From a virus: a stretch of 64,000 bases of DNA. Of the stretch, positions 7,750 to 17,700 are shown piece after piece (within the stretch, counting starts at the first letter, position 1; each line of letters opens with the position of its first letter). The position numbers and the translations under genes are program-made. Location of the stretch: the IMG/VR virus record IMGVR_UViG_3300021963_000094, positions 1 through 64,000 of that record; one strand, written 5' to 3'. The notes below the pieces were generated by a model. That model did not search any database. It saw nothing but the letters and a program-made list of their open reading frames with translations, and was not told the origin of the DNA.

Positions 7750-9615
7750 GTGGGATTATTTGATTTTGTAACGAATGTCAGAAACGAGGCACTCATAAGA
7801 TCTACAACAATAACCAATGTTGTTTCCAATACAGGTGGATTCAAAGACGATCTTGTGGATCGATCTGAAGCTGTTAAGAAGAACATTTACAGCTTTAACT
7901 CCGATAAGGAATACGGAGTTTTTGAAAACCAAAGTGATGCTGTTACTAGGTTGCCTTCTTCATTATTTTACGAAGCTCAGTCTTCTGAGGACGGAAGGCT
8001 TGGTCTATTTAACTATCATGTTATAGGGGATATAAAGGCTGGTTTAGGGGGAGGTGGAAAGTTTAACTATATTAAATCCGAAACCTATGCTAACAATCAG
8101 AAGGTAACCCCGGAGATAAGTAGAAACCCTACAGCCCAAGCAATAATTAAGACCACAACATCTAACGGGGCATATCTAAATCCTAGTAGCCCTTATGTTT
8201 CCCAGCCTTATAACGTTAAAGACTTTATATTTTGTAAGCACTACGGCGTTATTCCAAATAACAGGATGATAACATTAAGAAGATTTCCTACACCGGTTAT
8301 GGACAACTTAAGAGTGCCTACGAGCGCTCCTAGAATAGAGCCTAGCCAACAAGGTGATGATATAAAAGGAAACTTTGTTAACAATGACGGGCTTAGTCGA
8401 AATCAAATGATTAAAGACGGAGCAGCCCTACCAATTGCACAGGCAATTACATATTTTGGAGGAGACACAGGAAACACCTTGGATTCAATATTGAATGTTG
8501 AAACCGGATTAAAATGGGAATCAAAGGGGCAAAAAACAAAAATGTCAGCCGAGGGAAATGATAAAGGATTTCTATCTAGTACATATGGGAAATACCTAGA
8601 AGCTGTTGTGGGTGCTTCCACTTTTGATGGCCTTAACAAAATAAGTAACGGAATAGGGGTGGTCACAGATCCTGATAATAGAGAATTACAAATAAGAAGA
8701 ACTCTCTTAGAAAAATTAACAACCGGGGACGGGCCTCTAAGTCAGAGAATCTTCGTTGATGTTAACACTGTTAATAGCATGTATGTAAGAGGTGTAGGAT
8801 TTACGGGGGGTGAGCAAACTTTCTCTTTGAAATTCACGTATAGTCTAACTAGCGTTGGCGAGGTAAACAGTAGAATGATGTTTATTGACTTGTTTGCAAA
8901 TCTTTTAGCAATAGGAAGTGATTATGGTAAATTTTTAGCCCCACAGCTTCTTGTGAATTCTAATAGGCAGGGAATAGGATTTCCTGGAGGATCCAAAGGG
9001 TATGTTAAGCACCTGACAAATCCCGTTGAATTTCTAAATGACATGATGAAGCTTAAATTCGGGGAAGAGGTTAAAAAGAAGATAAAAGGATTAGAGGGAA
9101 CACTTGCAAAAGCACAAACTGAGCTTTCGGGATTAAGTAATGGCAAACCACTTTCTAAGAATGGTCAGTTATATAAAACACTCACTGTTATGCTAACCAG
9201 CCAAATGCTTAATGACTTATACTATGAGCCTATTATGCTTTCTGGTTATCCAACAGGGGAATGGCACGTTGTAGTTGGAAATCCATTAAATCCGATAGCA
9301 ATGATGGGTAACCTAATTTGTGAAAAGGTTAAAATTAATTTCAACAACACCCTAGGACCAGATGACTTTCCAACAGAGATGACTGCAGTTTTCTCGATGA
9401 AAGCAGCGAGAACAAAACATAGAGGAGACTTTGAAAGCATGTTTAACAGAGGTAACGGTAGACTTTATCTTGGTAAATTCCCGATCTCTGATGCATCCAG
9501 AAATGCTCAGGTTGGAGCAACAACTGGAATTGACACTCAGGGAACTATTGGTAAGAATGTGAGAGACGGTGCTTTTGGATTAGCAGCGAACTTTGGCCAA
9601 CAACTAGGATTATAA
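7750..9615 (+). CDS. Probable tail-tube cap/initiator-type baseplate protein (T4 gp48-like position)
   Basis: First gene of the gp53/hub/gp5 block. The C-terminal GEWHVVVGNPLNP...GPDDFPTE segment is compatible with a tube fold. Assignment is mainly from synteny. Confidence 0.4.
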   Translation: MGLFDFVTNVRNEALIRSTTITNVVSNTGGFKDDLVDRSEAVKKNIYSFNSDKEYGVFENQSDAVTRLPSSLFYEAQSSEDGRLGLFNYHVIGDIKAGLGGGGKFNYIKSETYANNQKVTPEISRNPTAQAIIKTTTSNGAYLNPSSPYVSQPYNVKDFIFCKHYGVIPNNRMITLRRFPTPVMDNLRVPTSAPRIEPSQQGDDIKGNFVNNDGLSRNQMIKDGAALPIAQAITYFGGDTGNTLDSILNVETGLKWESKGQKTKMSAEGNDKGFLSSTYGKYLEAVVGASTFDGLNKISNGIGVVTDPDNRELQIRRTLLEKLTTGDGPLSQRIFVDVNTVNSMYVRGVGFTGGEQTFSLKFTYSLTSVGEVNSRMMFIDLFANLLAIGSDYGKFLAPQLLVNSNRQGIGFPGGSKGYVKHLTNPVEFLNDMMKLKFGEEVKKKIKGLEGTLAKAQTELSGLSNGKPLSKNGQLYKTLTVMLTSQMLNDLYYEPIMLSGYPTGEWHVVVGNPLNPIAMMGNLICEKVKINFNNTLGPDDFPTEMTAVFSMKAARTKHRGDFESMFNRGNGRLYLGKFPISDASRNAQVGATTGIDTQGTIGKNVRDGAFGLAANFGQQLGL

Positions 9616-9625
9616 TATTTAGTAT

Positions 9626-10243
9626 ATGATTGATATAGACGTTTTAGCAAACAAACCGGAGATAATAGTTAACGGAGAGACTATTATAGATCTAGTTGCT
9701 AGATCCGTGGATCCTGATGTTGTTCCTGGATTTTCTAAATTTATTTTTACTAACGAAGAGATGGTAATGAGAGCAGATCTTGCAGCTCATATGCTTTGCG
9801 GAAGTCATAACAGAATGGGAACACTATTAAAAGTTAATTCCATAGGTAATCCTTTTTCTCTAAACGTGAATGAATTTTTATTTGTTCCTGACACAGAAAC
9901 AATTAATAAATTAAGCAGAAGACCCCAGGGAGAAGAGCCTGATGATATTAGAAAATCCTTTAGAAAACAATTACAAGATAGAATATCTAAGGTATCAGAA
10001 ACAAGAAAAGAGTATTTAAATGCTGTTAATATTAGTGAAGCTGCAGGTTCTGCAGGATCTGGAGAATTCCAAAATCCTCTTCCTCCTAATGTAACACAGG
10101 AGGGATCTGAACAATTCAAAGTACAAGACGGAAAATTAATATTTGGTTCTGATATTGGAGTATGTAGAACTAGAATACAGCAGAACAAATCACTAGCAAC
10201 AATTAAATCAAGATTTGCCCAAAGACAAATTTTTGAATCATGA
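9626..10243 (+). CDS. Baseplate wedge protein, gp53/LysM-like
   Basis: RADL.A..LCG....GTLLKVN.I.NPF.L...L.VP is the LysM-like signature of T4 gp53/P2 gpX proteins. Confidence 0.65.
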   Translation: MIDIDVLANKPEIIVNGETIIDLVARSVDPDVVPGFSKFIFTNEEMVMRADLAAHMLCGSHNRMGTLLKVNSIGNPFSLNVNEFLFVPDTETINKLSRRPQGEEPDDIRKSFRKQLQDRISKVSETRKEYLNAVNISEAAGSAGSGEFQNPLPPNVTQEGSEQFKVQDGKLIFGSDIGVCRTRIQQNKSLATIKSRFAQRQIFES

Positions 10244-11763
10244 TAGACAGCAAAAAAACAATTCTTCAGTTAGACAAAGAAACAATAGTTCTGGACGAGC
10301 TCTCTATTGTTGATGAGATAAATCACAAAGATAAAGAAAAAGTAGAAAGAATAGGAAGTAAAACCGAAACTGAAACTGGATTCGGAATGCCTATGATTAT
10401 GATTAATAACTTTCTTGTTAGAGATCTTAGTTTTTTCAGATTAGATCTATCGGATAAAATACCTCAATTAATATTTAGATTTACTCCACAGGATGAATCA
10501 TTTTTATATACATCGTATCCTAAAGATGGTGATCTAGTTTCGCTATACATTAGATCCACATCTGAGCTGTACAAGCCAGTTAGAATGGATCTATTAGTTA
10601 CCGAGGTGCTAAGTCAATTTGCCATGTTAGAAGAAAAATACATGGGTGAAGAAAATAGAGCTAATGGAAATAATGCATCATTTACTATAAAATGTCAAAT
10701 GAGAATTCCTGGTATATTTCAGCACACCTCTAAATCATTCAAAGATAAAACATCATTTGATGTTATAAGACAGGTAGCTAAAGATCTTGGACTTGGGTTT
10801 GCATCTAATGAGAAAAACACAGAGGACAAAATGAACTGGCTATGTCCTTCTAAAACCTTATACAAATTTATAGATGATGTCTGTGGATCTGCTTGGAAAG
10901 GGGAAGAAGACTTCTTTGATTGGTGGATTGATCAGTATTACGTTTTAAACTTTGTCAATCTTAAAAAACAGTTATTAGAAAAAAGTAAAGATGAAACAAG
11001 AGTACTTCAGGCTATAGGAACAGAAAATGGATTATCCGGAGGTTTAGACGGAAATGTTAAACCTGCTGAAGTTAAACTGCCTTTATTTTTTACCAATGAT
11101 TATTATTATAAAAAATATCCATTTTTTATCAACGCATATTCTGTTAAAAATGCATCCGGCTATATAGCAAATAATTTTGGTTATTCAAGGGATCTTCAAT
11201 TTTACGATACCAAGTTAGTAAGTGATAGACCTATTAATAAATTTGTGAAATATAAAGTGGAATATGTCACACAAAAAAATCTAGATTATAGCAGTATTCT
11301 CTTCAAAGGAAGAGCTAACGAGGATGTTTACAAAAAAGAAACTAAAAAAACCTGGGTTGGTACACAATATGGCGAAAATCAACACAAGAATATTCAACAG
11401 GCATTAGTTCAAAACAAATTAAACAAATACGAAAATTTTAAAGTCTATCTTGAAACACAGATGCATTCTTACGTTCCCTGGGTTTATCGAGGCCAAACAG
11501 TTCCGACCAGAATAGTACATGCTGAGGCAAAGCAGGCAAGGGTAAATTCACAGGAGGCTAATAAAAATCCTCCTATAGATAATGAACAACATGAGATCGG
11601 TAAAAAAGTAGACAATAAATTTCTGAGCGGGGTTTATATGATCATGGGATCCTATATTGAGTATATAGATGGTGCAATCAAGCAATCATTCCTGCTTGGA
11701 AAAAGAGAATGGTTAATTAATGATGGTAGAGGGTCAGATCCCGAGCCAGAAGTAAGTAAATAG
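10240..11763 (+). CDS. Baseplate hub protein (T4 gp27 / phage late control D-like)
   Basis: About 500 aa, located between the gp53-like and gp5-like genes; FLSGVYMI C-terminal strand and TSFDVI..VAK.LGL pattern. Confidence 0.55.
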   Translation: MIDSKKTILQLDKETIVLDELSIVDEINHKDKEKVERIGSKTETETGFGMPMIMINNFLVRDLSFFRLDLSDKIPQLIFRFTPQDESFLYTSYPKDGDLVSLYIRSTSELYKPVRMDLLVTEVLSQFAMLEEKYMGEENRANGNNASFTIKCQMRIPGIFQHTSKSFKDKTSFDVIRQVAKDLGLGFASNEKNTEDKMNWLCPSKTLYKFIDDVCGSAWKGEEDFFDWWIDQYYVLNFVNLKKQLLEKSKDETRVLQAIGTENGLSGGLDGNVKPAEVKLPLFFTNDYYYKKYPFFINAYSVKNASGYIANNFGYSRDLQFYDTKLVSDRPINKFVKYKVEYVTQKNLDYSSILFKGRANEDVYKKETKKTWVGTQYGENQHKNIQQALVQNKLNKYENFKVYLETQMHSYVPWVYRGQTVPTRIVHAEAKQARVNSQEANKNPPIDNEQHEIGKKVDNKFLSGVYMIMGSYIEYIDGAIKQSFLLGKREWLINDGRGSDPEPEVSK

Positions 11764-11765
11764 AG

Positions 11766-13949
11766 ATGGCAAATTTTTTAAATGAGATTAAAGACAACTT
11801 TAGAAGCGTAACTGACCCAAATCAGATACTGAATAAAGGTGTAGATAAGCAAAGAACTGCCTTTCTAAAGGGATTAAAATCAACTTCTTCCGGACAAAAA
11901 GAAGATCCAACCTATACTGGATTTAGAATCATGTTTGATTTTGGGTATGGTGGATTAGTTGATCCTTCAACATTTCTACCAGTTAGTCCTTTACTTTCAA
12001 AGGGAAAATTCAACGACGGAAAAACGATGAAGGATGACGGAGCTACTGATTTTTTCCATCTCTCCAGACAAAACATGAATATAGGGGAATTTCCAAATTA
12101 CACCGAGAATATTCATTATATGACCGCTGAAGGATTTCTAAGAGAAAGAAGAAGCGCTATGGAAAACGGGGAGTACGGTGGTAGCACTGATAACACTGGT
12201 AGAAAAATAGTTGGCGGAGATTCTGATAGATTCCAATCTGGGGTTTCTCATAGAGCTGCTGCGTTATCATCATTTAGAAATCTTCTTTCCAGTATAAACG
12301 AAAAGAGCCCTTGGTTTATTCAATCCATTGGAGGATTAGATAAAGTTTTAGGGGTAGATCAGCAAAGACAAATAGAGAGTTCTAAAGGAAGAGAACAAAG
12401 ATCTGGAGTTTTAACTTTTGAATGTATGGATTCTATAGATCTTAGAATCAATGCAATGGCGGAGCTTTACAGAAAGGCGACATATGATTATCAATATCAT
12501 AGACAGCTATTACCTGACAACCTTCGTAAGTTCAGAATGTATATCATTGTTACTGAGATTAGACAAATAGATCTTCAGAAAAATCTTGCTGATGTATTAA
12601 ATCCATTTAATCTTCCTGGTGTTAGAAACGCTGTTGATTCTATTAGGGATATAGCTCAATCTGCTGGTATATTGAGAACAGCTTCTCCTGAGTCCACTAA
12701 TGCAAAAGCGGATTTGGAATCGTTTGTTAAATCGTTCGAAAGAATGGAACCTTATATTCTAATTTATCAATTAGATTTATGTGAATTTAATTTTGACCAA
12801 TCATATCCCTTTACAACTTTAAATAACTCTGTTGGACCAGGAGCTCCTCCAGTAAAAAACACATTTAAGGTTCACGTTGGTTCAGTTAAAGAGTACAAAC
12901 TACAATACAATATCCTTTCTGATTTAATTAGAAATGAGTCCACTTTTTCTCCTATATTGATACAGGATAGCTGGAACTTAGCTGGATCCCATATGTTACA
13001 ACCAGGCTCGGGAATCAATAACAATCTGAATGTATTTAAAAAATTAGCAAGTAATTTCATAACAAATTCGGTTGCTTCTGTTGTTCAACAACAGGTATCC
13101 CCTATTGTTACCAAACAGCTCCTTGGCAACGCTTATGGATTTAGATTGAGCGATGCTGTTAGATCTCTGAATTCTGTTCAGGATTTAGTTACTGGTATTA
13201 AAGAGATGAAGGATCCTTTCGGTGACTATAAACCACAATCCAGAGGATTGGGCGGACCTGCTGAAAGACAATATCCTATAGTCAGTCAAGATGTTTATCC
13301 GGATAATAATCCAAACAATGCAATAGGATCTGGACAGGGAAACGTTTTTCCCAGACCCGGAGTACCTGGATCTTTAGGCCCTGATGACATCTATGCGGAT
13401 AGCCCAGGAAAAGATCTAGGATTACCTGATAGAATCTATGGTAAAATAAAAGATGACGAGTACAGAAGAGTAGGTGGGGATATTGATAGCACGGATCTTG
13501 GTGTACCTAATAGAGTATATCCAACAATAAAGGACGATATCTATAAAGGTGTACCCGGGGAAGATCTTGGATTACCTAAAAGAATTTATACCACTTTGAA
13601 GGATGACGAGTACTCTCAGATCCCAGGAAAAGATCTTGGTGTTCCTGATAGAAAATATGCATCTATGAAAGAAGATGTTTATAAGAACGAAGAAATCAAA
13701 TACGGATCAATAAAAGAAAGATCTTATAGCGAGGATTCTAGTATTCCCGAAGAATTAAAATCTGATGTTTATCCAAATTCTGAGATAGAATACTCACCTA
13801 TTAAAGAGACCTTATATACTAGCGATCAAACCGATCCAAAGAATACCTCAGGAGAAGATGTGTATGCTAATAGTCCAGGAAAAGATTTAGGCCTACCTAA
13901 AAGATCATATCCTACGATCAAAGATAACGCTTATAAACAGGGATCTTAA
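11766..13949 (+). CDS. Probable tail-tube-related baseplate protein (gp54-like) with C-terminal ~23-aa repeats
   Basis: PWFIQSIGGL, LTFECMDSIDLR and LPDNLRKF.MYI.V.E.R suggest a tube-like core; repeated PGKDLGLPxRxY units; synteny. Confidence 0.4.
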   Translation: MANFLNEIKDNFRSVTDPNQILNKGVDKQRTAFLKGLKSTSSGQKEDPTYTGFRIMFDFGYGGLVDPSTFLPVSPLLSKGKFNDGKTMKDDGATDFFHLSRQNMNIGEFPNYTENIHYMTAEGFLRERRSAMENGEYGGSTDNTGRKIVGGDSDRFQSGVSHRAAALSSFRNLLSSINEKSPWFIQSIGGLDKVLGVDQQRQIESSKGREQRSGVLTFECMDSIDLRINAMAELYRKATYDYQYHRQLLPDNLRKFRMYIIVTEIRQIDLQKNLADVLNPFNLPGVRNAVDSIRDIAQSAGILRTASPESTNAKADLESFVKSFERMEPYILIYQLDLCEFNFDQSYPFTTLNNSVGPGAPPVKNTFKVHVGSVKEYKLQYNILSDLIRNESTFSPILIQDSWNLAGSHMLQPGSGINNNLNVFKKLASNFITNSVASVVQQQVSPIVTKQLLGNAYGFRLSDAVRSLNSVQDLVTGIKEMKDPFGDYKPQSRGLGGPAERQYPIVSQDVYPDNNPNNAIGSGQGNVFPRPGVPGSLGPDDIYADSPGKDLGLPDRIYGKIKDDEYRRVGGDIDSTDLGVPNRVYPTIKDDIYKGVPGEDLGLPKRIYTTLKDDEYSQIPGKDLGVPDRKYASMKEDVYKNEEIKYGSIKERSYSEDSSIPEELKSDVYPNSEIEYSPIKETLYTSDQTDPKNTSGEDVYANSPGKDLGLPKRSYPTIKDNAYKQGS
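13384..13935 (+). repeat. Intragenic peptide repeats DxYxxxPGKDLG(L/V)PxRxYxxxK
   Basis: At least five clear copies plus degenerate ones are visible in the translation. Confidence 0.8.
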
Positions 13950-13982
13950 AAACAAGGATAGATAAGAGAAAATCCTGTTTGT

Positions 13983-14762
13983 ATGTCTTTACAAAATTTA
14001 CAAGAATCTAATATAGAAAGGACGCAACACTTCTTAGGTGTTGTTGTTGACAACAAGGACCCAGAGTTCAGAGCTAGATGCAGGGTTAGGGTTTTTGGTG
14101 TTTTTGATGATGTTAAAGACGAGGATCTTCCTTGGGCATTTCAAAGGTTCGATATATCTTTTGGTGATAACGGCGGATCCGGTAGGGTTAGTATACCTAA
14201 GCTAGGTTGTATAGTTCATGTTCAATTCAATAACGGAAATTATTACACTCCAGAATACAAAGCAGTACAGGAACTTTCAAAGGATCTAATAACAGAATTA
14301 AGCGCTTCTTACGAAGGTGCTCATTCACTAATATACGATGGTATAGAGAAACTTAAAATATATTACACCGTTGCTAAAGGATTGGTTATAGATTTAAAAG
14401 AATCTACTGTTGTAATATCCAATGATAATTCCATAACAATAACACACGCAGGTCAAACATCAACCCTAGAATTCAGGGGTGGAAAGATAACAGAATTTGC
14501 TAATTCTGAAATTGAAAGCACAGCAACAACTAGAATTAAACAAAGCAGTAACGAAGTTTGGGTAGACGGTAAAACCACTAAGCTTGGACATGCTCCTGTA
14601 TACTCAGCTATTCTTGCTGAACCATTATGGATGTTTCTGAAACAACTTGCAGCAGCAGTTGATGCTAAACTTCCATCTACACCAGGAGCAATGACAAGTT
14701 TAGCTGAAAGCTATGAACAACTATCAACCTCAGATGTAGTTAAAGTAACAAAGTCTAATTAA
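13983..14762 (+). CDS. Baseplate central spike, T4 gp5/VgrG-like (OB fold + beta-helix, no lysozyme domain)
   Basis: GVVVDNKDP..RCRVRVFG...LPWA...P..G..V.V.F OB-fold signature. Confidence 0.85.
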   Translation: MSLQNLQESNIERTQHFLGVVVDNKDPEFRARCRVRVFGVFDDVKDEDLPWAFQRFDISFGDNGGSGRVSIPKLGCIVHVQFNNGNYYTPEYKAVQELSKDLITELSASYEGAHSLIYDGIEKLKIYYTVAKGLVIDLKESTVVISNDNSITITHAGQTSTLEFRGGKITEFANSEIESTATTRIKQSSNEVWVDGKTTKLGHAPVYSAILAEPLWMFLKQLAAAVDAKLPSTPGAMTSLAESYEQLSTSDVVKVTKSN

Positions 14763-14767
14763 GATAA

Positions 14768-17700
14768 ATGGATTTTAATTTCAATAAACTTCAGGACATA
14801 AGTGATAGAATATCCAGCGGTGAATTAAAACCAGAGGATGTTCTTAACGAGTTTAGTGGATTTACTGACGATCTTCCTAGTGACGAAGAGATAATCAATA
14901 ATGCCCAGGAGTTAGAAAAATCAATAGAGCCGGTTCCTTTAATTTTAACCGACGATGAAATTAACGACCTTATCTGTTCTTATGATGGAGAGGAACTAGC
15001 TAATAGAACTTTTTGGGAGATATTAAGAAAACAAAATTATTTAGACAGAATATCAGAATTGCCGGACTTTTCTAGGAATAGAAATTTCGATAAATTCATG
15101 GATGATAATAATCTTTCCAACGAACTTAACGGTGCTAAAGAAATGATTTCTGACAATTTAGATTTAGATCTTCTTGGAATAAAATTTTCAGGATCTAACA
15201 GAAAAATCAGAAGATTTAAAATAGGTCCATTTGGATTTGACATTCATATTATAACACATAAAGGAGTTCCTCTATTTTTTCACGTTGCACCCAAAAAGAT
15301 GTCTTTAAGTTTTATAAGGGATCAGCTGAAGAAAAAAAGTAAAAAAGGAAAAGCTAAGAAATGCTCCGATGATATCTACAATAAATTTGGATCTGGTTCA
15401 GGACCATCAACTTCTGACAACAATGACTTTGGTGATGGTACCGGATCAGAAGCTGGATCTGATTCGGGTTTTGGATCGAACAATATAGATCCGGAAAAAT
15501 TATCATCCCTCCTAGATAATATTTTAGACAGAGAAGCTTCGGAAAAAGATTCTAATAATGCATTTGATGTTTCGGATATAGTAGATCAGGTTTTTTGTGA
15601 ACCAGATTTTCCCATTAACCCCGAAACGGGAGAACCGCTTTTCACAAAAGAGGATCTTAAATCTTTCATAGAGGAGATTTGCTTACCGGAGGAAGAATCT
15701 GCAATACCCGAGGTTTTACCTGAGGGTGATATAGATGATGTAACAGAAAAGGTAAATAAATGTCTAAGTCAAGCAAAGGAAATATTTAAAGATGTAAGGG
15801 AAAATAACGAACTTAGATCTAGATATGAAAAAGCAGAAAAAGATTTAGAAGAAATCCTATATCATTATAAGATAGTTAAAAACTACTACAATGGGCTTTC
15901 TAAATCATTTGAGGCCAAAGCAAAATCTGGAAAGAAAGGAAATCCTTTAACTCTACTTTTAACTTTAGTCTTAGCTTCATCCGATGCAAATAAATTTTTA
16001 GATGCTGTAAAGAATTTTTCTGCTAGGTTTAAAGAAACCAAAAAACAAACATCACCCGGTAAAAAAGGATATGTTGGTATTAAATTTGATATAGCATTTC
16101 CTCATGGCCTTGGTGGGGATCTCCCTTACGAAACTGTTAAACCAGAAGCAACCTCCGATTTACTTTCATCAGACTATGAGAGAGTAGATTTAACTAAGCT
16201 TCAACTTGGGATGGAATTCTCAAGTAAAGGAATTCTTGGATCGGGCAATTCTGATTTTCTTAAATCTTATGAAGATTTTATAATATTCAGAGACGAGAAT
16301 CCAAAACTTGATGTGCCTTTCTACAATTTCATTCAGGACATAGAAGGATCCAACAAACCAAAGGAAGCTATTATAAAAGATATAGAGAAAAATCATGGAT
16401 TTCTTTATTCTAATCTTTTAGAGATTTCTGCAAACCCGTGGCTATTCTTTACTGCAGACGAAAGAGGGGATAATGATGCTAGAAAATCAGCGGACATAAA
16501 ACCACAGAGCACAAATAGTGACGGAGAACCAAATCAATCATTTAGCGACTTCTGGGGTAATTTTAAAAAATCTTTTGATACTAAATACAATGCAAGAAAG
16601 AAGATAGTAGAGGATAAAATAAATTCGATCAAAGTTCTTTCTGATAAATTCGTAGACACCCTTGCTGATTACTATTTCACTGTTAATCTAAGTTCTACCT
16701 CTAATAATAGTAAGCTACTAAAGGATGCATCGGACAAAGCGGATAAGAACGTTAGCTATATCGAGGATCTTTTACTTTCAATAGCTCAGAAGATACAGGA
16801 ACTAGATCAGAAAAACTCCCCGGAGGTTTTACAATCTAGAGCCGAGTCTATAGATTGTTTTGGCTCTGCCAATGATGGTAGCGAAAACAGTGGAGGATCT
16901 TCTTCTACTGGTATTGGGGTTTCTATTGGACTTGATGCAAACGGAAACCCGAACAATTCTACTCCTGACACACTAAAGGCTGCTTGCCCTCCGGATTGTT
17001 GCGGTGCTTCTGGTCAGGCATTTTCGGGTGGGGGTATAATAGACGGATTAAACTCTCCAGACTGTCCTAATTTATTCACAACATGTTATTGGAAAGAATT
17101 TGCTAAAAAAGCCACGACAGTTGGAATCCTCCCAATTCCTAATGGATTACCACCAATTGAAAATCCTGCTGGATTTCTACCGAACATCGGTTTAAAATAT
17201 TGGCCGGTCGGATATCTTCCGCCATCTTTTATTCCTTTACCCCCGCCATTGGTTAATCCCCTTGACGGAACTCCTTTCATAAGAATTCCTATGCCTATGA
17301 TATGGACTATTATACCTCCAATAGTTATACCATTGCCTATAGGGGTTATAGTTATATTCATACCGTTCATAGGTGGATTTATGCCTAGTCCGTTAGTTTT
17401 CTTCCATGATTTTTTAACCGGAAATTCAATATTTCTTTTGGGTATTAGAGGATTTAGATTTATACCTAGAAAATCAGATCCTGTTATACCAGATCCATTA
17501 GTTAGATTAAAGCAATTTTTATCCCTAGGAGTACCTAACTATCTTTTTCCTTTCCCAAATCTTGGTAAGGACAACGTCGACGATCCTAAGAGAATAAAAA
17601 AAGACATTTTAGCAAATCTTAAAAAAAGATTATCAAATGCTAAAGTTAATATCGATTTTTCCAAGATTCAAAAAGTACAGGATGATTTGGCTAAAAAGAA

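Noticed and set aside
13983-14762. Lysozyme domain in the gp5-like spike
   Set aside because: At 259 aa the protein holds only the OB fold and beta-helix; no T4-lysozyme motif was seen.
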